From positions 224,001 to 288,000 of the forward strand of contig CAXWPH010000002.1 in NCBI GenBank assembly GCA_963666055.2: a stretch of 64,000 bases of DNA, in the 5' to 3' direction. The position numbers and the translations under genes are program-made. Numbering within the stretch: the first letter of the stretch is position 1; the number at the start of each line of letters is the position of its first letter. This DNA is from Acidobacteriota bacterium (GTDB lineage Bacteria > Acidobacteriota > UBA890 > WLXD01). The notes beneath the pieces are model-generated. The model saw only the letters and a program-made list of their open reading frames with translations, did no database searches and was not told where the DNA came from. Below, piece after piece: positions 20,794 through 30,969 of the stretch.

Positions 20794-21582
20794 ATGTACG
20801 AGCGCATCGTCTGCATGACGGAGGAGACCACCGAGTCTCTGTACCTCATGCAGGAGGACTGGCGCATCGTGGGCATCTCCGGATTTACCGTGCGGCCGCC
20901 CCGCGCCCGCCGGGAGAAGCCCAAGGTCTCGGCGTTCACCAGCGCCAAGATCGACAAGATTCTCGAGCTCGCGCCCGATCTGGTGCTCGGCTTCTCCGAC
21001 CTCCAGGCCGATATCGCCGCCAGCCTGATCAGGGCTGGGGTCGAGGTGCATGTGTTCAACCACCGCAGCGTCGCCGGCATCCTGCGTATGGTGCGTGTGC
21101 TTGGCGGCTTGATCGGCTGTGCCGACAAGGGCGAGGAGCTAGCGGCAGAGCTGCAGTCAGGGGTCGATGAGATCCGCCATCGGGCCTCCAGGCTAGCGGC
21201 ACGGCCGCGGGTGTACTTCGAGGAGTGGGACGATCCCATGATCTCGGGAATCCGCTGGGTGTCTGAGCTCATCGGCATCGCCGGTGGCGACGAGTGCTTC
21301 CCCGAGTTGAGTCGCGAGTCGCTTGCCACCAACCGTATCGTTGTTGACCCATCGGAGGTCGTGGCGCGCGCCCCCGATGTAATCCTGGGCTCCTGGTGCG
21401 GCAAGAAGTTCCGGCCCGAACGGGTCGCCGCTCGCCACGGCTGGGACGCCCTGCCAGCGGTGCGCGGCGGGCACGTGTACGAGATCAAGTCGGCGGTGAT
21501 CCTGCAGCCGGGGCCAGCGGCGCTGACCGACGGCGTGCGCCAGATACACCAGATCATCGCGAATTGGGCGGACTCGCGCTGA
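20794..21582 (+). CDS. Cobalamin/Fe-siderophore-type (BtuF-like) binding protein
   Basis: RIVCMTEETTE, PDLVLGFSDLQ, VYFEEWDDP, ILQPGP. Confidence 0.88.
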   Translation: MYERIVCMTEETTESLYLMQEDWRIVGISGFTVRPPRARREKPKVSAFTSAKIDKILELAPDLVLGFSDLQADIAASLIRAGVEVHVFNHRSVAGILRMVRVLGGLIGCADKGEELAAELQSGVDEIRHRASRLAARPRVYFEEWDDPMISGIRWVSELIGIAGGDECFPELSRESLATNRIVVDPSEVVARAPDVILGSWCGKKFRPERVAARHGWDALPAVRGGHVYEIKSAVILQPGPAALTDGVRQIHQIIANWADSR

Positions 21583-21770
21583 TGTGCCGGCGTCGGCGCA
21601 CCACCATCGAAGCGCCGACGCCGTCCCGATACGTCGCCCGACTCGTTGGCGCGGCCGCCCGCATCTCGGTACCCTCTGGCGCGTCGTCCCGTGCGCATCC
21701 GTGTCGTGCACGGTCCGAATCGAAGTCGACCCATGCGATGCACCCGTGCCGTCGCGACCCGGAGCTACCG

Positions 21771-24410
21771 ATGAACCGTCGTCCTTGGCCGGCCCGCAGG
21801 CTGGTGCCGATCGTCGCCCTGTCCCTCGCCGCCGTCATCGTCGCCGCCAGCGCCCAAGCAGCATGGCCTCAGCGGTCGATCGTGTCGCCGGAGGAGTACT
21901 TCGGCTTTCAGATGGGCGCCGATCGAAAGCTAGCGCGCTGGGACAAGCTGGTGACGTACTACGAGCAGCTAGCCAGCGCCAGCCCGCGGATGTTGGCCTT
22001 GAATATCGGCCCCTCGACACTCGACAACCCGTTCCTGATCCTGTTCATCTCGGCGCCGGAGAATCTCGAGCACGACCGATTCGGTGAGCTGCAGCGGCTC
22101 AACGCCACGCTTAACGATCCTCGTGGTGCAACCGAGGCGGCCATCGAGCAGGCGATCGCCGACGGGAAGGCGATTGTTGTGCAGTCGATGGGACTGCACT
22201 CGACGGAGGTGGCTGCGAGCCAGATGGCGGCCGAGCTCGTCTACGACCTCGTCACTCGTACCGACGACGAGGTCATGCGCATTCTCGACAACACCATCTC
22301 CATCATCATTCCCTGTTTCAACCCCGACGGCGAGATCCTCGTTACCGACTGGTACAACCAGACTGTCGGGACGGAATACGAGGGCGTCTCACCGCCGAGC
22401 CTCTACCACCACTACATCGGTCACGACAACAATCGAGACGCCTTTCAGACCAATACCGTCGAGTCGGTGTACGGCGCCCAGATACTGTTTCGCGACTGGA
22501 TTCCGCAGGCCTACATCGACCACCATCAGATGGGGTCCTACGGGGCGCGGATCTACGTGCCGCCCTACGCTGAGCCCATCCGGCCGGACGGCGACCCGCT
22601 GGTGTGGCGCGAGATGAGCTGGTACGGCGCGCACATTGCGTACAAGGAGGAGGCGGCCGGTGTCTCGGGCGTGGTCAACGCCGCCGTGTACTCCGGGTGG
22701 GGACATTTCGGCTTCCACTGGATCACGCCGTTCCACAACATTGCCGGCATGCTCACGGAGTCGGCGAGCGCGCGGCTGGCAACGCCGCTGTTCCTGCATC
22801 CCGACCAGCTCAACGGTGGTACCCGTGGGCTGCCGGAGTACGAGGCGCAAACGACCTTCCCGAACCCGTGGCTTGGCGGCTGGTGGCGCGTCCGCGACAT
22901 CGTCGTGCAGCAGAAGATCGCCGCCCTCGCGGCGCTCGATCTCGCGGCCCGCAATCGCCAGACCGTGCTGCGCAGCGCCTACTTGAAAGCCAGCCGTCAG
23001 ACGAAGCGCGGCGCCGAGGGCAAGCCCGCGGCGTTCGTGATCCCGTACGCCCAGCACGATTGGCTCACCTCGACCAAGATGATCAACAAGCTGCGCGTGC
23101 AAGGGATCGAAGTACATCGCTCGGATCGTCGATTCACCCACGAAGGCCGAGCCTACGACGCCGGGAGCTACGTGATCTCGATGGCGCAACCCAAGCGTGG
23201 CGTGATCCGCTGGCTCCTCGGCCGCACCTTCTATCCCGACAACACATACACGCGGACGCGTGACGGCGACCCCATCCGCCCCTACGACATGTCGACCGAC
23301 ACCATGTCGGAGTTCATGGGCGTGCGCGTGGATGCAGTCGACACGCCGGTGGAGTCCGGTTTGTCGGTTGTCACATCCGACGTCGAGCGGCGCGGCACTG
23401 CGGTGCGGGGCCGCCGTGGCTATGTAGTCGATGGCCGGCTGAACGACGCTTTCAAGGCGTTGAACCTGCTGTTTGATAACGGAATCGCCGTGCGGCGTGT
23501 CGTCCAGGACATCGCCGGCGGAGTGCACGCCGGAGACTTCGTCGTATCGGCGGATGCTGCCGACGACACCGTGAGCGAGATTGCGCAGCGCACCGGCGTG
23601 CCGTTCGCCGCCCTGGAGGTGGAAGCGGCGAGCAGCAGTTATGCGCTCGAGCGCCAGCGCATAGGGATGTACCAGCGTTACTACGGTGGCAACATGGACG
23701 AGGGCTGGACTCGACTGCTGCTCGAGATGTTCGGGTTCCCGTACACCACTCTCATGGACTCCGACGTTACCGGCGGTACCCTGCGCGACAACTACGACGT
23801 CATCATCCTGCCGGCCGACTCTCCGAGCGCCATGACCGGCGAGGACGAGGACGAGGACGAGGGCGGCTTCCGTGGACGGCGCGATGAGTGGCCAGCCGAG
23901 TATCGCAGCGGATTCGGGCAGGAGGGCGTCGACGCTCTCGAGGCGTTCGTTCAGGCCGGCGGCACGCTGCTCACCTTCGCGCAGGCGGGCGAGTTGGCGA
24001 TCGAGGAATTCGATCTCCCCATCCGCAACGTCGTCGCTGAGCTGTCCTCGCGACAGTTCTGGTCACCCGGCTCGACGCTGCGTGTCGAAGTCGACCGCAC
24101 CAACGCCCTCGCGTACGGCATGCCGGCGGCGGCGCTGGCGACTTTCCTGCAAGGCAACCAGGTCTATCGTGTGGTGCCGAGCAATCGGAACCATCATGTG
24201 GAGCGTATCGTGACCTTCGTCGATCGCGACATTCTGCAGAGCGGCTGGCTGCTGGGCGAGGAAGCCATCGCCAACAAGGCCGCCATGGTGTCGGTGGGTC
24301 ACGGGGAGGGCAAGGTCGTGCTGATCGGCTTTCGGGCGCAGCACCGCGCCCAGACACACGGCACGTTCAAGCTCGTGTTCAACGCGCTGGTCAGCGCCCC
24401 GTCAGATTGA
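21771..24410 (+). CDS. Secreted M14 zinc carboxypeptidase with C-terminal GATase-like domain
   Basis: HSTE, NPDG, HDNNRD, DHHQMG; signal peptide follows ATG 21771. Confidence 0.9.
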   Translation: MNRRPWPARRLVPIVALSLAAVIVAASAQAAWPQRSIVSPEEYFGFQMGADRKLARWDKLVTYYEQLASASPRMLALNIGPSTLDNPFLILFISAPENLEHDRFGELQRLNATLNDPRGATEAAIEQAIADGKAIVVQSMGLHSTEVAASQMAAELVYDLVTRTDDEVMRILDNTISIIIPCFNPDGEILVTDWYNQTVGTEYEGVSPPSLYHHYIGHDNNRDAFQTNTVESVYGAQILFRDWIPQAYIDHHQMGSYGARIYVPPYAEPIRPDGDPLVWREMSWYGAHIAYKEEAAGVSGVVNAAVYSGWGHFGFHWITPFHNIAGMLTESASARLATPLFLHPDQLNGGTRGLPEYEAQTTFPNPWLGGWWRVRDIVVQQKIAALAALDLAARNRQTVLRSAYLKASRQTKRGAEGKPAAFVIPYAQHDWLTSTKMINKLRVQGIEVHRSDRRFTHEGRAYDAGSYVISMAQPKRGVIRWLLGRTFYPDNTYTRTRDGDPIRPYDMSTDTMSEFMGVRVDAVDTPVESGLSVVTSDVERRGTAVRGRRGYVVDGRLNDAFKALNLLFDNGIAVRRVVQDIAGGVHAGDFVVSADAADDTVSEIAQRTGVPFAALEVEAASSSYALERQRIGMYQRYYGGNMDEGWTRLLLEMFGFPYTTLMDSDVTGGTLRDNYDVIILPADSPSAMTGEDEDEDEGGFRGRRDEWPAEYRSGFGQEGVDALEAFVQAGGTLLTFAQAGELAIEEFDLPIRNVVAELSSRQFWSPGSTLRVEVDRTNALAYGMPAAALATFLQGNQVYRVVPSNRNHHVERIVTFVDRDILQSGWLLGEEAIANKAAMVSVGHGEGKVVLIGFRAQHRAQTHGTFKLVFNALVSAPSD

Positions 24411-24486
24411 GCAGCAGCGGAGCACCCCCAACGAGCGCGCCGTGCCCGGCACGTGTGACGGTTTCTTTATCGTGGAGGGAGAACAG

Positions 24487-25338
24487 ATGAACGGAAGAAA
24501 ACTGATGGTCGCGATGACCGCCGTCGTCACCGTGCTCATGGGGTCGGTGACCTACGGCGCTGTCGCGCAGGAGGCCGTCCAACGATACGTCCGATATAGC
24601 TACCAAGGCTCCACCGCCTACGGCGTCGTTCGCGGTGAGGTGATCCAGCAACTCGATGGGCCGCCCTACGAATCCCGCACGGCCACTGGCGTCGAGGTTG
24701 CTCTCGCCGACGTCGCGCTGTTGGCGCCGGCCGAGCCATCCAAGGTCATCGCGGTTGGGCTGAACTACTTGAGCCACCTCGGGAGCCGGCCGCCCTCCGA
24801 GTACCCTGGCCTGTTTGCCAAGCTACCGACCTCGATCATCGGTCCCGATGCGGCGATCGAGATACCCCCGGACGCCCACAACGTGCATTACGAGGGCGAG
24901 CTTGTGGTTGTTATCGGCAAGAAGGCCCGCAACGTGTCGCCCGAAGAAGCTCGCGACTTCGTCTTCGGTGTTACCGCGGGAAACGACATCAGTGAGCGTG
25001 ATTGGCAGGGCGATGACCTGCAGTGGTTCCGCGCCAAGGCGTCCGACACATTCGGACCCATCGGACCAGCGATTGTTACCGGGCTCGATTACAACGATCT
25101 GCACGTTCAGACTCGGGTCAACGGCGAGCTACGTCAGTCCGAAAGTTCCTCCGATCTGCTGTTCGGGGTCGACGAGATCGTTAGTTACGTCAGCCACTAC
25201 GTGACCTTATTGCCCGGCGACCTGATCTTCACCGGGACGCCGGGGAGCACGCAGGCGATGCAGCCCGGGGACGTCGTGGAGATCGAAGTTGCCGGCGTCG
25301 GCGTTCTGCGCAACCCCGTGGTTCGCAAGGGCAGCTAG
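24487..25338 (+). CDS. Fumarylacetoacetate hydrolase (FAH) family protein with N-terminal signal peptide
   Basis: VGLNY, HYEGEL, GNDISERD, KASDTFGP, TGTPG; SD-like GGAGG upstream. Confidence 0.93.
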   Translation: MNGRKLMVAMTAVVTVLMGSVTYGAVAQEAVQRYVRYSYQGSTAYGVVRGEVIQQLDGPPYESRTATGVEVALADVALLAPAEPSKVIAVGLNYLSHLGSRPPSEYPGLFAKLPTSIIGPDAAIEIPPDAHNVHYEGELVVVIGKKARNVSPEEARDFVFGVTAGNDISERDWQGDDLQWFRAKASDTFGPIGPAIVTGLDYNDLHVQTRVNGELRQSESSSDLLFGVDEIVSYVSHYVTLLPGDLIFTGTPGSTQAMQPGDVVEIEVAGVGVLRNPVVRKGS

Positions 25339-25350
25339 CGGGAGGTCGCT

Positions 25351-26104
25351 CTGAGATACGTTCGTTACAGTCATGACGATGCGATCGCGTACGGGCTTCT
25401 GCGCGGTGATGTCATCGAGGAGCTCGCCCGGCCCACCGTACGATTCGCCGGAGCCCACTGGCCGGACGGTGGCGGCGCGGGAGGCCCATCTGCTAGCCCC
25501 GTGTGAGCCGTCGAAGGTGCTGGCGGTAGGGCTCAATTATCGCAGCCACTTGGACGGACGCCCGTTGCCGGATCCGCCGGGCATCTTCATCAAGTTGCCG
25601 ACGTCGATCGTCGGGCCTGGGGATCCGATCGTGCTCCCGGCCGACGCCGGCAACGTGCACTACGAAGGTGAGTTGGTGATCGTCATCGGACGCCGCGCCC
25701 ATGAGGTCTCCGCCGCGGCGGCGGGCGAGTATGTCTTCGGCGTTACGGCCGGCAATGACGTGAGCGAGCGCGATTGGCAGCGCGACGATCTGCAGTGGTT
25801 CCGCGCCAAGGGTTGCGACACCTTCGGTCCAATCGGACCGCTAATTGCCACCGACCTCGATTACGGCAACCTGCATCTCCAGACGCGTGTCAACGGCGAG
25901 GTGCGCCAGGAGCAGAACACTAACGATCTGGTCTGCGGTGTCGACGACATCGTCAGCTACATCAGCAGCTACGCGACGCTGTTGCCGGGAGACGTCATCT
26001 TCACCGGAACGCCGGGAAGCACGCAGGCGCTGCAGAATGGCGATGTCGTGGAGGTCGAGATCGAAGGCATCGGCGTGTTGAGAAATACCGTCTTGCGGCC
26101 GTGA
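25351..26104 (+). pseudogene. Second FAH family paralog; +1 frameshift at ~25429
   Basis: GGAGG, then CTG-RYVRYSHDDAIAYGLLRGDVIEELA, an extra C, then GPPYDSP...; colinear with the first copy (RYVRYSYQGSTAYGVVRGEVIQQLDGPPYES). Confidence 0.82.
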
Positions 26105-26159
26105 TGTTGCTGGCTCGGAAGGATTGTGTCTTGGCTGTTGTGCCACCGGAGGCCACCGG

Positions 26160-26681
26160 ATGATTTCCCGTCCACAAGCGAAGCGCAGGGTGCTACTCGG
26201 TGCCCTGCCGCTGCTGCTGATCTTGGCCGGATGGGCTTGGTCAGCGCCGTCAGGCGAGCAATCGTCGGTGGTGTACGTGCTACGTCACGCCGAGCGCGCC
26301 GATGCCGCGCAGCCCGAGCGCGACCCGCATCTCAGCGCTGCCGGTCATGCTCGCGCCGAACAGCTGGCCGATCTCCTGGTCGCGGAGCACATCGCCACCG
26401 TCTTCAGCTCTGACTATCACCGCACCCGCGAAACGGCTCGACCGCTGGCGAGTCGCCTCGGCTTGTCGGTGCAAACTTACGATCCGAGCGCCCTGGCCGA
26501 GCTCGCCGCCGAGCTCCGCGAGCTGCCCGGGCGACATGTCGTCGTCGGCCACAGCAACACGACACCGCAGCTGGTTGAGCTGCTGGGCGGCGATCCAGGC
26601 GAGCCGATCGATGATGCGGTGGAGTTCGATCGCCTCTACGTCGTTGTCCGGGACGCCGATCGAGTCACCACGGCCTGCTAG
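26160..26681 (+). CDS. Histidine phosphatase (PGM/SixA-like), exported
   Basis: RHAE, SSDYHRTRETA, VVGHSNT; the last codons (TTAC*) come from an element remnant. Confidence 0.88.
   Translation: MISRPQAKRRVLLGALPLLLILAGWAWSAPSGEQSSVVYVLRHAERADAAQPERDPHLSAAGHARAEQLADLLVAEHIATVFSSDYHRTRETARPLASRLGLSVQTYDPSALAELAAELRELPGRHVVVGHSNTTPQLVELLGGDPGEPIDDAVEFDRLYVVVRDADRVTTAC
26665..26681. repeat. Solo TIR remnant
   Basis: TCACCACGGCCTGCTAG, an exact 17-nt element end; its CTAG is the stop for both convergent genes. Confidence 0.75.
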
Positions 26682-27985
26682 GCGCCTGCCGCCGCATCGT
26701 CCCGGGGGAGGCTCAAACGCACCAGCCGCGCGCGCCCTTTTCGCACCTCCAGCACCTCCGCGGTGGCGTTGTCGAACTCGACGATGTCCCCTGCGTCGAC
26801 GACTCGAAGCAGCTTCTCGCGCAGCAACCCGGCCAGCGTATCGGCCGCGTCTGATTGCAGCTCCAGGCCGGTCCATCGATTTACCACCTGCAGGAGCGTT
26901 CCTCCCTGCACCCGGAACCGGCCGGCGCCGTCGGGCACGACGTCCGGCTCCTCGTGATCGAACTCGTCTTGCACCGGGCCGACGATCTGCTCGAGCACGT
27001 TCTCCAGCGTTACGAGGCCCGAGACGGTGCCGAACTCGTCGAGCACGAACGCCATGTGCTGACGCGTCGCCTGGAACACGCGCAACAATCGCGCGATGCG
27101 TAGCGTATCGGGCACGAACCGCGGTGGCCGCATAAGCGACTCCACGCCGGTCTCGCTGTCGGCCGGGATGCCGGGTAGGTCGCGCGTATGGAGCACCCCC
27201 ACCAGCTCGTCCAGCGACCCACGGCACACCGGATAGCGGCCGTGCTTGGTGGCGCGCGCCTTGCGGATGATCTCGCCGATCGGATCGTCTACGTCGACAT
27301 AGGCGATCTCGCGCCGCGGCACCATCACCTGCCGGCAGGTGATCTCGTCGAACTCGAACACCGCGTCGATCAGCCGATGCTCCGCCTTCGTAAGCTCACC
27401 GTGCGCGTGAGCGTGGCTGAGCAGCCGGCGGATCTCCTCCTCGCTGTGCAGCTCATCGTGCTCGGCGCCGCCCTCAACGCCGAGTCGCCTGAGCAGGGAC
27501 GAAGTGATCGAATCCAGCACCACCAGTGCCGGATAGGTAAGAATGTAGAAAGCTCTCAGGGGCAGCGCGCACCACAGCGCCATTTGCTCGGGGCGCCGGA
27601 TCGCGAAGATCTTTGGGGCCTGTTCGCCGATGACCAGGTGCAGCACGGTGATCACGCTGAACGCGATCGTGAACGCGGTCGTGTGAAGTACCGCCGACGA
27701 GGTGACCCCGACGGCGTGCAACCATGGCTCCAGGAGCCGGGCGATCGCCGGCTCACCCACCCAACCGAGCCCAAGCGATGCCATCGTGATGCCCAACTGG
27801 CACGCCGACAACGACCGGTCCATGCGCGCGAACAGCCAGTGGGTTGTTCTTGATAGCAAGCCATCGCGGCCGGCAATCTCGTTCAGCCGACCGGGCCGCA
27901 TCTTCACGAGCGCGAACTCGGCCGCCACGAAGAAGCCGTTCAGGACTACTAGAATCGCTGTCAGAAAGACGAGAACGAGATCCAC
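26678..27985 (-). CDS. Hemolysin-family CNNM/CBS/CorC transporter-associated protein
   Basis: NGFFVAAEFALV, CQLGITMASLGLG, IGEQAPK, VMVPR, DEFGTVSGLVTLE. Confidence 0.94.
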   Translation of the reverse strand: MDLVLVFLTAILVVLNGFFVAAEFALVKMRPGRLNEIAGRDGLLSRTTHWLFARMDRSLSACQLGITMASLGLGWVGEPAIARLLEPWLHAVGVTSSAVLHTTAFTIAFSVITVLHLVIGEQAPKIFAIRRPEQMALWCALPLRAFYILTYPALVVLDSITSSLLRRLGVEGGAEHDELHSEEEIRRLLSHAHAHGELTKAEHRLIDAVFEFDEITCRQVMVPRREIAYVDVDDPIGEIIRKARATKHGRYPVCRGSLDELVGVLHTRDLPGIPADSETGVESLMRPPRFVPDTLRIARLLRVFQATRQHMAFVLDEFGTVSGLVTLENVLEQIVGPVQDEFDHEEPDVVPDGAGRFRVQGGTLLQVVNRWTGLELQSDAADTLAGLLREKLLRVVDAGDIVEFDNATAEVLEVRKGRARLVRLSLPRDDAAAGA

Positions 27986-28085
27986 GCTCGGCCCACCTCC
28001 GGCGCATATCCATCGCTGCGCAATCGCAACGACGGCCACTCATCCAGAGCGTACAAGATCGCACGCCGAAGTGGTTCGACGACTA

Positions 28086-28112
28086 CCCCACACTTCCACC
28101 ACGGCCTGCTAG
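28086..28112. repeat. Solo TIR remnant
   Basis: CCCCACACTTCCACCACGGCCTGCTAG. Confidence 0.8.
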
Positions 28113-28184
28113 GGTCGCGAGGCGCTACGATCTGCGGTCGGGCTCGGCGAATTCGAAACGTTGATCGACAGGAGATGAACTTCC

Positions 28185-28793
28185 GTGATCCCTTCACGTA
28201 CGAGATTTCTGATCATCGCGATGCTCGCCATGGTGACGCATCAGGTGGCGGTTGGTGCGTCGCAGCGAGCCGCGCCCGGTCGCTTGCGGCTCACCGAATC
28301 GGCGATTGAGGCGCTCCTCACGCGCATGGTGTTCAACCAGGAGGGGCGCTGGTACTTGAAGGAGCCGAGCGACTGCGGCCATGCCATCGTGCAGAATCAC
28401 TCCGTCGAGTTGGCAGGCGGGCTGATCGGAATCCGCGCCAAGCTGTACTGGAGCGAGGCGAAACGGATCTTCGGCGAGTGCCGCGGTCCGAGCACCGACT
28501 TCGAGGTCCTTGCTATCGCCACCCCGGTTGCCGGCGGAGCCACGCTGGGCTTGCGCGACATCCAGGTGAGCGCCCCCGATGGCGGCGTCATTGCCGCTGC
28601 CGCGCTGGCGCTGCTCAAGAGCAGGATCCCGAGCTCCTACGACGTCGACGTGGCGCTGATGTTGAGCGAGGCGCTGGCGAGCTCGGAGATGACCGATTTG
28701 CTGGCGATCGCCGACTTTCAGGCGACCGACGCGCGGGTTGGCGACGGCATGCTTGATCTCGGCCTGGGATTCACCCTGACGAGCCGCTACTGA
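28185..28793 (+). CDS. Hypothetical exported protein
   Basis: Signal-like N-terminus, protein-like composition, one Cys pair; no family recognised. Confidence 0.6.
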   Translation: MIPSRTRFLIIAMLAMVTHQVAVGASQRAAPGRLRLTESAIEALLTRMVFNQEGRWYLKEPSDCGHAIVQNHSVELAGGLIGIRAKLYWSEAKRIFGECRGPSTDFEVLAIATPVAGGATLGLRDIQVSAPDGGVIAAAALALLKSRIPSSYDVDVALMLSEALASSEMTDLLAIADFQATDARVGDGMLDLGLGFTLTSRY

Positions 28794-28813
28794 GGCGGCC
28801 AGCCCGGAGGCAC

Positions 28814-29458
28814 TCAGAAGCCCTCGAGCCACTCCTCGGGGACGCCGTACTGGCGTGCCCGCGCCATGATGTCGGCACGTGAAACTCCCACTTCCGACAG
28901 GGTGCTCAGCAGCTCGTCGAGCATCTTTCGAGCCCCGTCCGGCGATGAAACCGGCTGCTGGAACGCCGCGATCAGACGTGGCAACATGGGTAGCAGCTGT
29001 TCGAGGCCCGCCATCTCCGTTGCTGCGTTGCCGAGCAGTCCGAGCATGGAGCCGGGGTCCGAGCCGAGGAACCGAGAGAGTGCGCCGAGCGACTCCGGTG
29101 CGATCAGGCCGGCAGCGCCCTTCGGCAGGGTCGGCTGCGACTCTGGCGCGTCATGCTCTGCGAGCCTCTCTTGGAGAGTAGGCGGAACGCGGACTCTGAT
29201 CGCCCGCCCTGGGACTCTCCCGAGCGGCGCCGGGCCGACGCGGTCGTCGACCACGACTCGCTCGACCACAGAGAGCGGGATCGAATGCTCCCCGCCGTAC
29301 TGAGTGAACACGACGTGCTGGCCGTCGACGTGGGCGCTCGCGGTGCGAATCACGCGTCCGTTCTTTAGATAGACGCTGTCGGCGGAGGCGTTCGAGGCGC
29401 CGGCCAACACGCCCAGCAGGAACACGACGAGCAACGGGCGCAGTCTGAGCATGGCCAT
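28814..29458 (-). CDS. Hypothetical secreted protein
   Basis: Signal peptide ending ASA, then DSVYLKNGRVI (small beta-domain motif); helical C-terminus. Confidence 0.7.
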   Translation of the reverse strand: MAMLRLRPLLVVFLLGVLAGASNASADSVYLKNGRVIRTASAHVDGQHVVFTQYGGEHSIPLSVVERVVVDDRVGPAPLGRVPGRAIRVRVPPTLQERLAEHDAPESQPTLPKGAAGLIAPESLGALSRFLGSDPGSMLGLLGNAATEMAGLEQLLPMLPRLIAAFQQPVSSPDGARKMLDELLSTLSEVGVSRADIMARARQYGVPEEWLEGF

Positions 29459-29611
29459 GCGGTGATGTTCTCGGTGGGGCCGCGTGAGTGCAAGGTAGCG
29501 CGCGCCGTTGACCGCGATTGGCGGCTTGCGTCCGAAGATTCAGGGGTTGTTCCCGTCGGCTTGTCGCCGTGTCGGCTTGTCCTCCAGAACGATTACCGGG
29601 ACCATAACGTC

Positions 29612-30109
29612 ATGTCCGAGCATCGGGTTCACGTCGCGCAGCTGAATATCGCCTGCATGCGAGCGCCCCTCGACGATCCGCTCATGAAAGAGTTTGTCGA
29701 TCGACTCGAGCCGATCAACGTGATCGCCGACCAGACGCCCGGTTTCGTCTGGCGGCTGCAGGGCGAGGAGGACAACGCCACCGCGATCCGCGTTTTCGAG
29801 GACGATCGATTGCTCATCAACATGTCCGTATGGACGTCGATCGAGTCATTGCGCGACTACGTCTATCGCGGTGCCCACACCGAGCCGCTGAAGCGGCGTC
29901 AGGAATGGTTCGAGACCATGGATGGACCCACCAGCGTGCTGTGGTGGGTGCCCGCGGGGCATGTTCCGACCGCCGCGGAGGCGCGCGAGACGCTCGATCG
30001 CCTGCGTCGCGACGGCCCGACAGCGACGGCGTTCACCTTCAAGGACTCGTTCGCGCCGCCCGAGACGACACTGACGGGGCGCCCGATTGGTCTGGTTGGG
30101 TGTCGGTGA
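29612..30109 (+). CDS. DUF3291 domain protein
   Basis: HVAQLNI...PGFVWRL...INMSVW...RRQEWF...VLWWVPAGH. Confidence 0.88.
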   Translation: MSEHRVHVAQLNIACMRAPLDDPLMKEFVDRLEPINVIADQTPGFVWRLQGEEDNATAIRVFEDDRLLINMSVWTSIESLRDYVYRGAHTEPLKRRQEWFETMDGPTSVLWWVPAGHVPTAAEARETLDRLRRDGPTATAFTFKDSFAPPETTLTGRPIGLVGCR

Positions 30110-30156
30110 GCTAAGGTCTGCCTGTCTTGCATCAGCTCCCAATCGAAGGGTCGTTC

Positions 30157-30969
30157 ATGCCTCGACGCATACCCCTGCTGATTGCGTTGTGCCTGGTGGC
30201 GTCGCCCTCGCTGGCCCAGGAGCCCACGGCGGCGTCCGAGGTGCACGCCGACCTTGCCCGAGGACGCACGCTCTACGTCACCTACTGCGCCCGCTGCCAC
30301 GGGATGACCGGCGGTGGGGGAGAGGGCCCGAGCCTGGCCCGGCGCGAGCTGCCCCGGGCGCCGGATGACGAGGCGCTGATCGCCCTCATAAGAGACGGGA
30401 TCCCGGGCACGGCGATGTCGCCCACCTGGTGGCTGGGCGATCGTGAGTACGAGCCCCTGACGGGGTACGTGCGGTCGCTGGCCCCGGCCACGGCGGCGGT
30501 CGACGATAGCGAGCGCGGCGATCCCGTGCGCGGTCAGCAGTTGTTCGCAGGCAGCGGCGGGTGTGCGAGCTGCCACACCGTCGGCGGCTTCGGTACGAAC
30601 CATGGTCCTGATCTCACCACCGTCGGCTCTCGCCGTGGCACCGCGTTCATCCGCGAGGCCATCCTCGACCCCGAGGCGGCGCTACCGCGCGGCCTCACCG
30701 AGGTCGGCCGCAACTTCATCGACTACCTCGTGGTTCGGGTGGTCGACCGTGACGGTCGCGAGGTGGTGGGGACGCGGCTGAACGAGGACTCCTACACCAT
30801 TCAGGTTCGCGATCTGCTCGGGCAGCTGCACTCGTTCTACAAGCCGCACCTTCAGACGCTCGAGAAGCAGTTCGATCAGAGCCTCATGCAAAGCTATCGC
30901 GAACAGTTCTCCGATACGGAGATCGACGACCTTGTCGCTTATCTGACCACGCTGGGAGGTGCAGGATGA
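30157..30969 (+). CDS. Periplasmic dihaem cytochrome c
   Basis: Signal peptide; CARCH and CASCH; GPDLT; SLM...DLVAYL. Confidence 0.92.
   Translation: MPRRIPLLIALCLVASPSLAQEPTAASEVHADLARGRTLYVTYCARCHGMTGGGGEGPSLARRELPRAPDDEALIALIRDGIPGTAMSPTWWLGDREYEPLTGYVRSLAPATAAVDDSERGDPVRGQQLFAGSGGCASCHTVGGFGTNHGPDLTTVGSRRGTAFIREAILDPEAALPRGLTEVGRNFIDYLVVRVVDRDGREVVGTRLNEDSYTIQVRDLLGQLHSFYKPHLQTLEKQFDQSLMQSYREQFSDTEIDDLVAYLTTLGGAG

Noticed and set aside
21396-21770. 5' extension of the M14 ORF (similarly 41231-42136, 42587-42787, 48402-48572)
   Set aside because: The extensions overlap real genes or repeats; better starts exist downstream.
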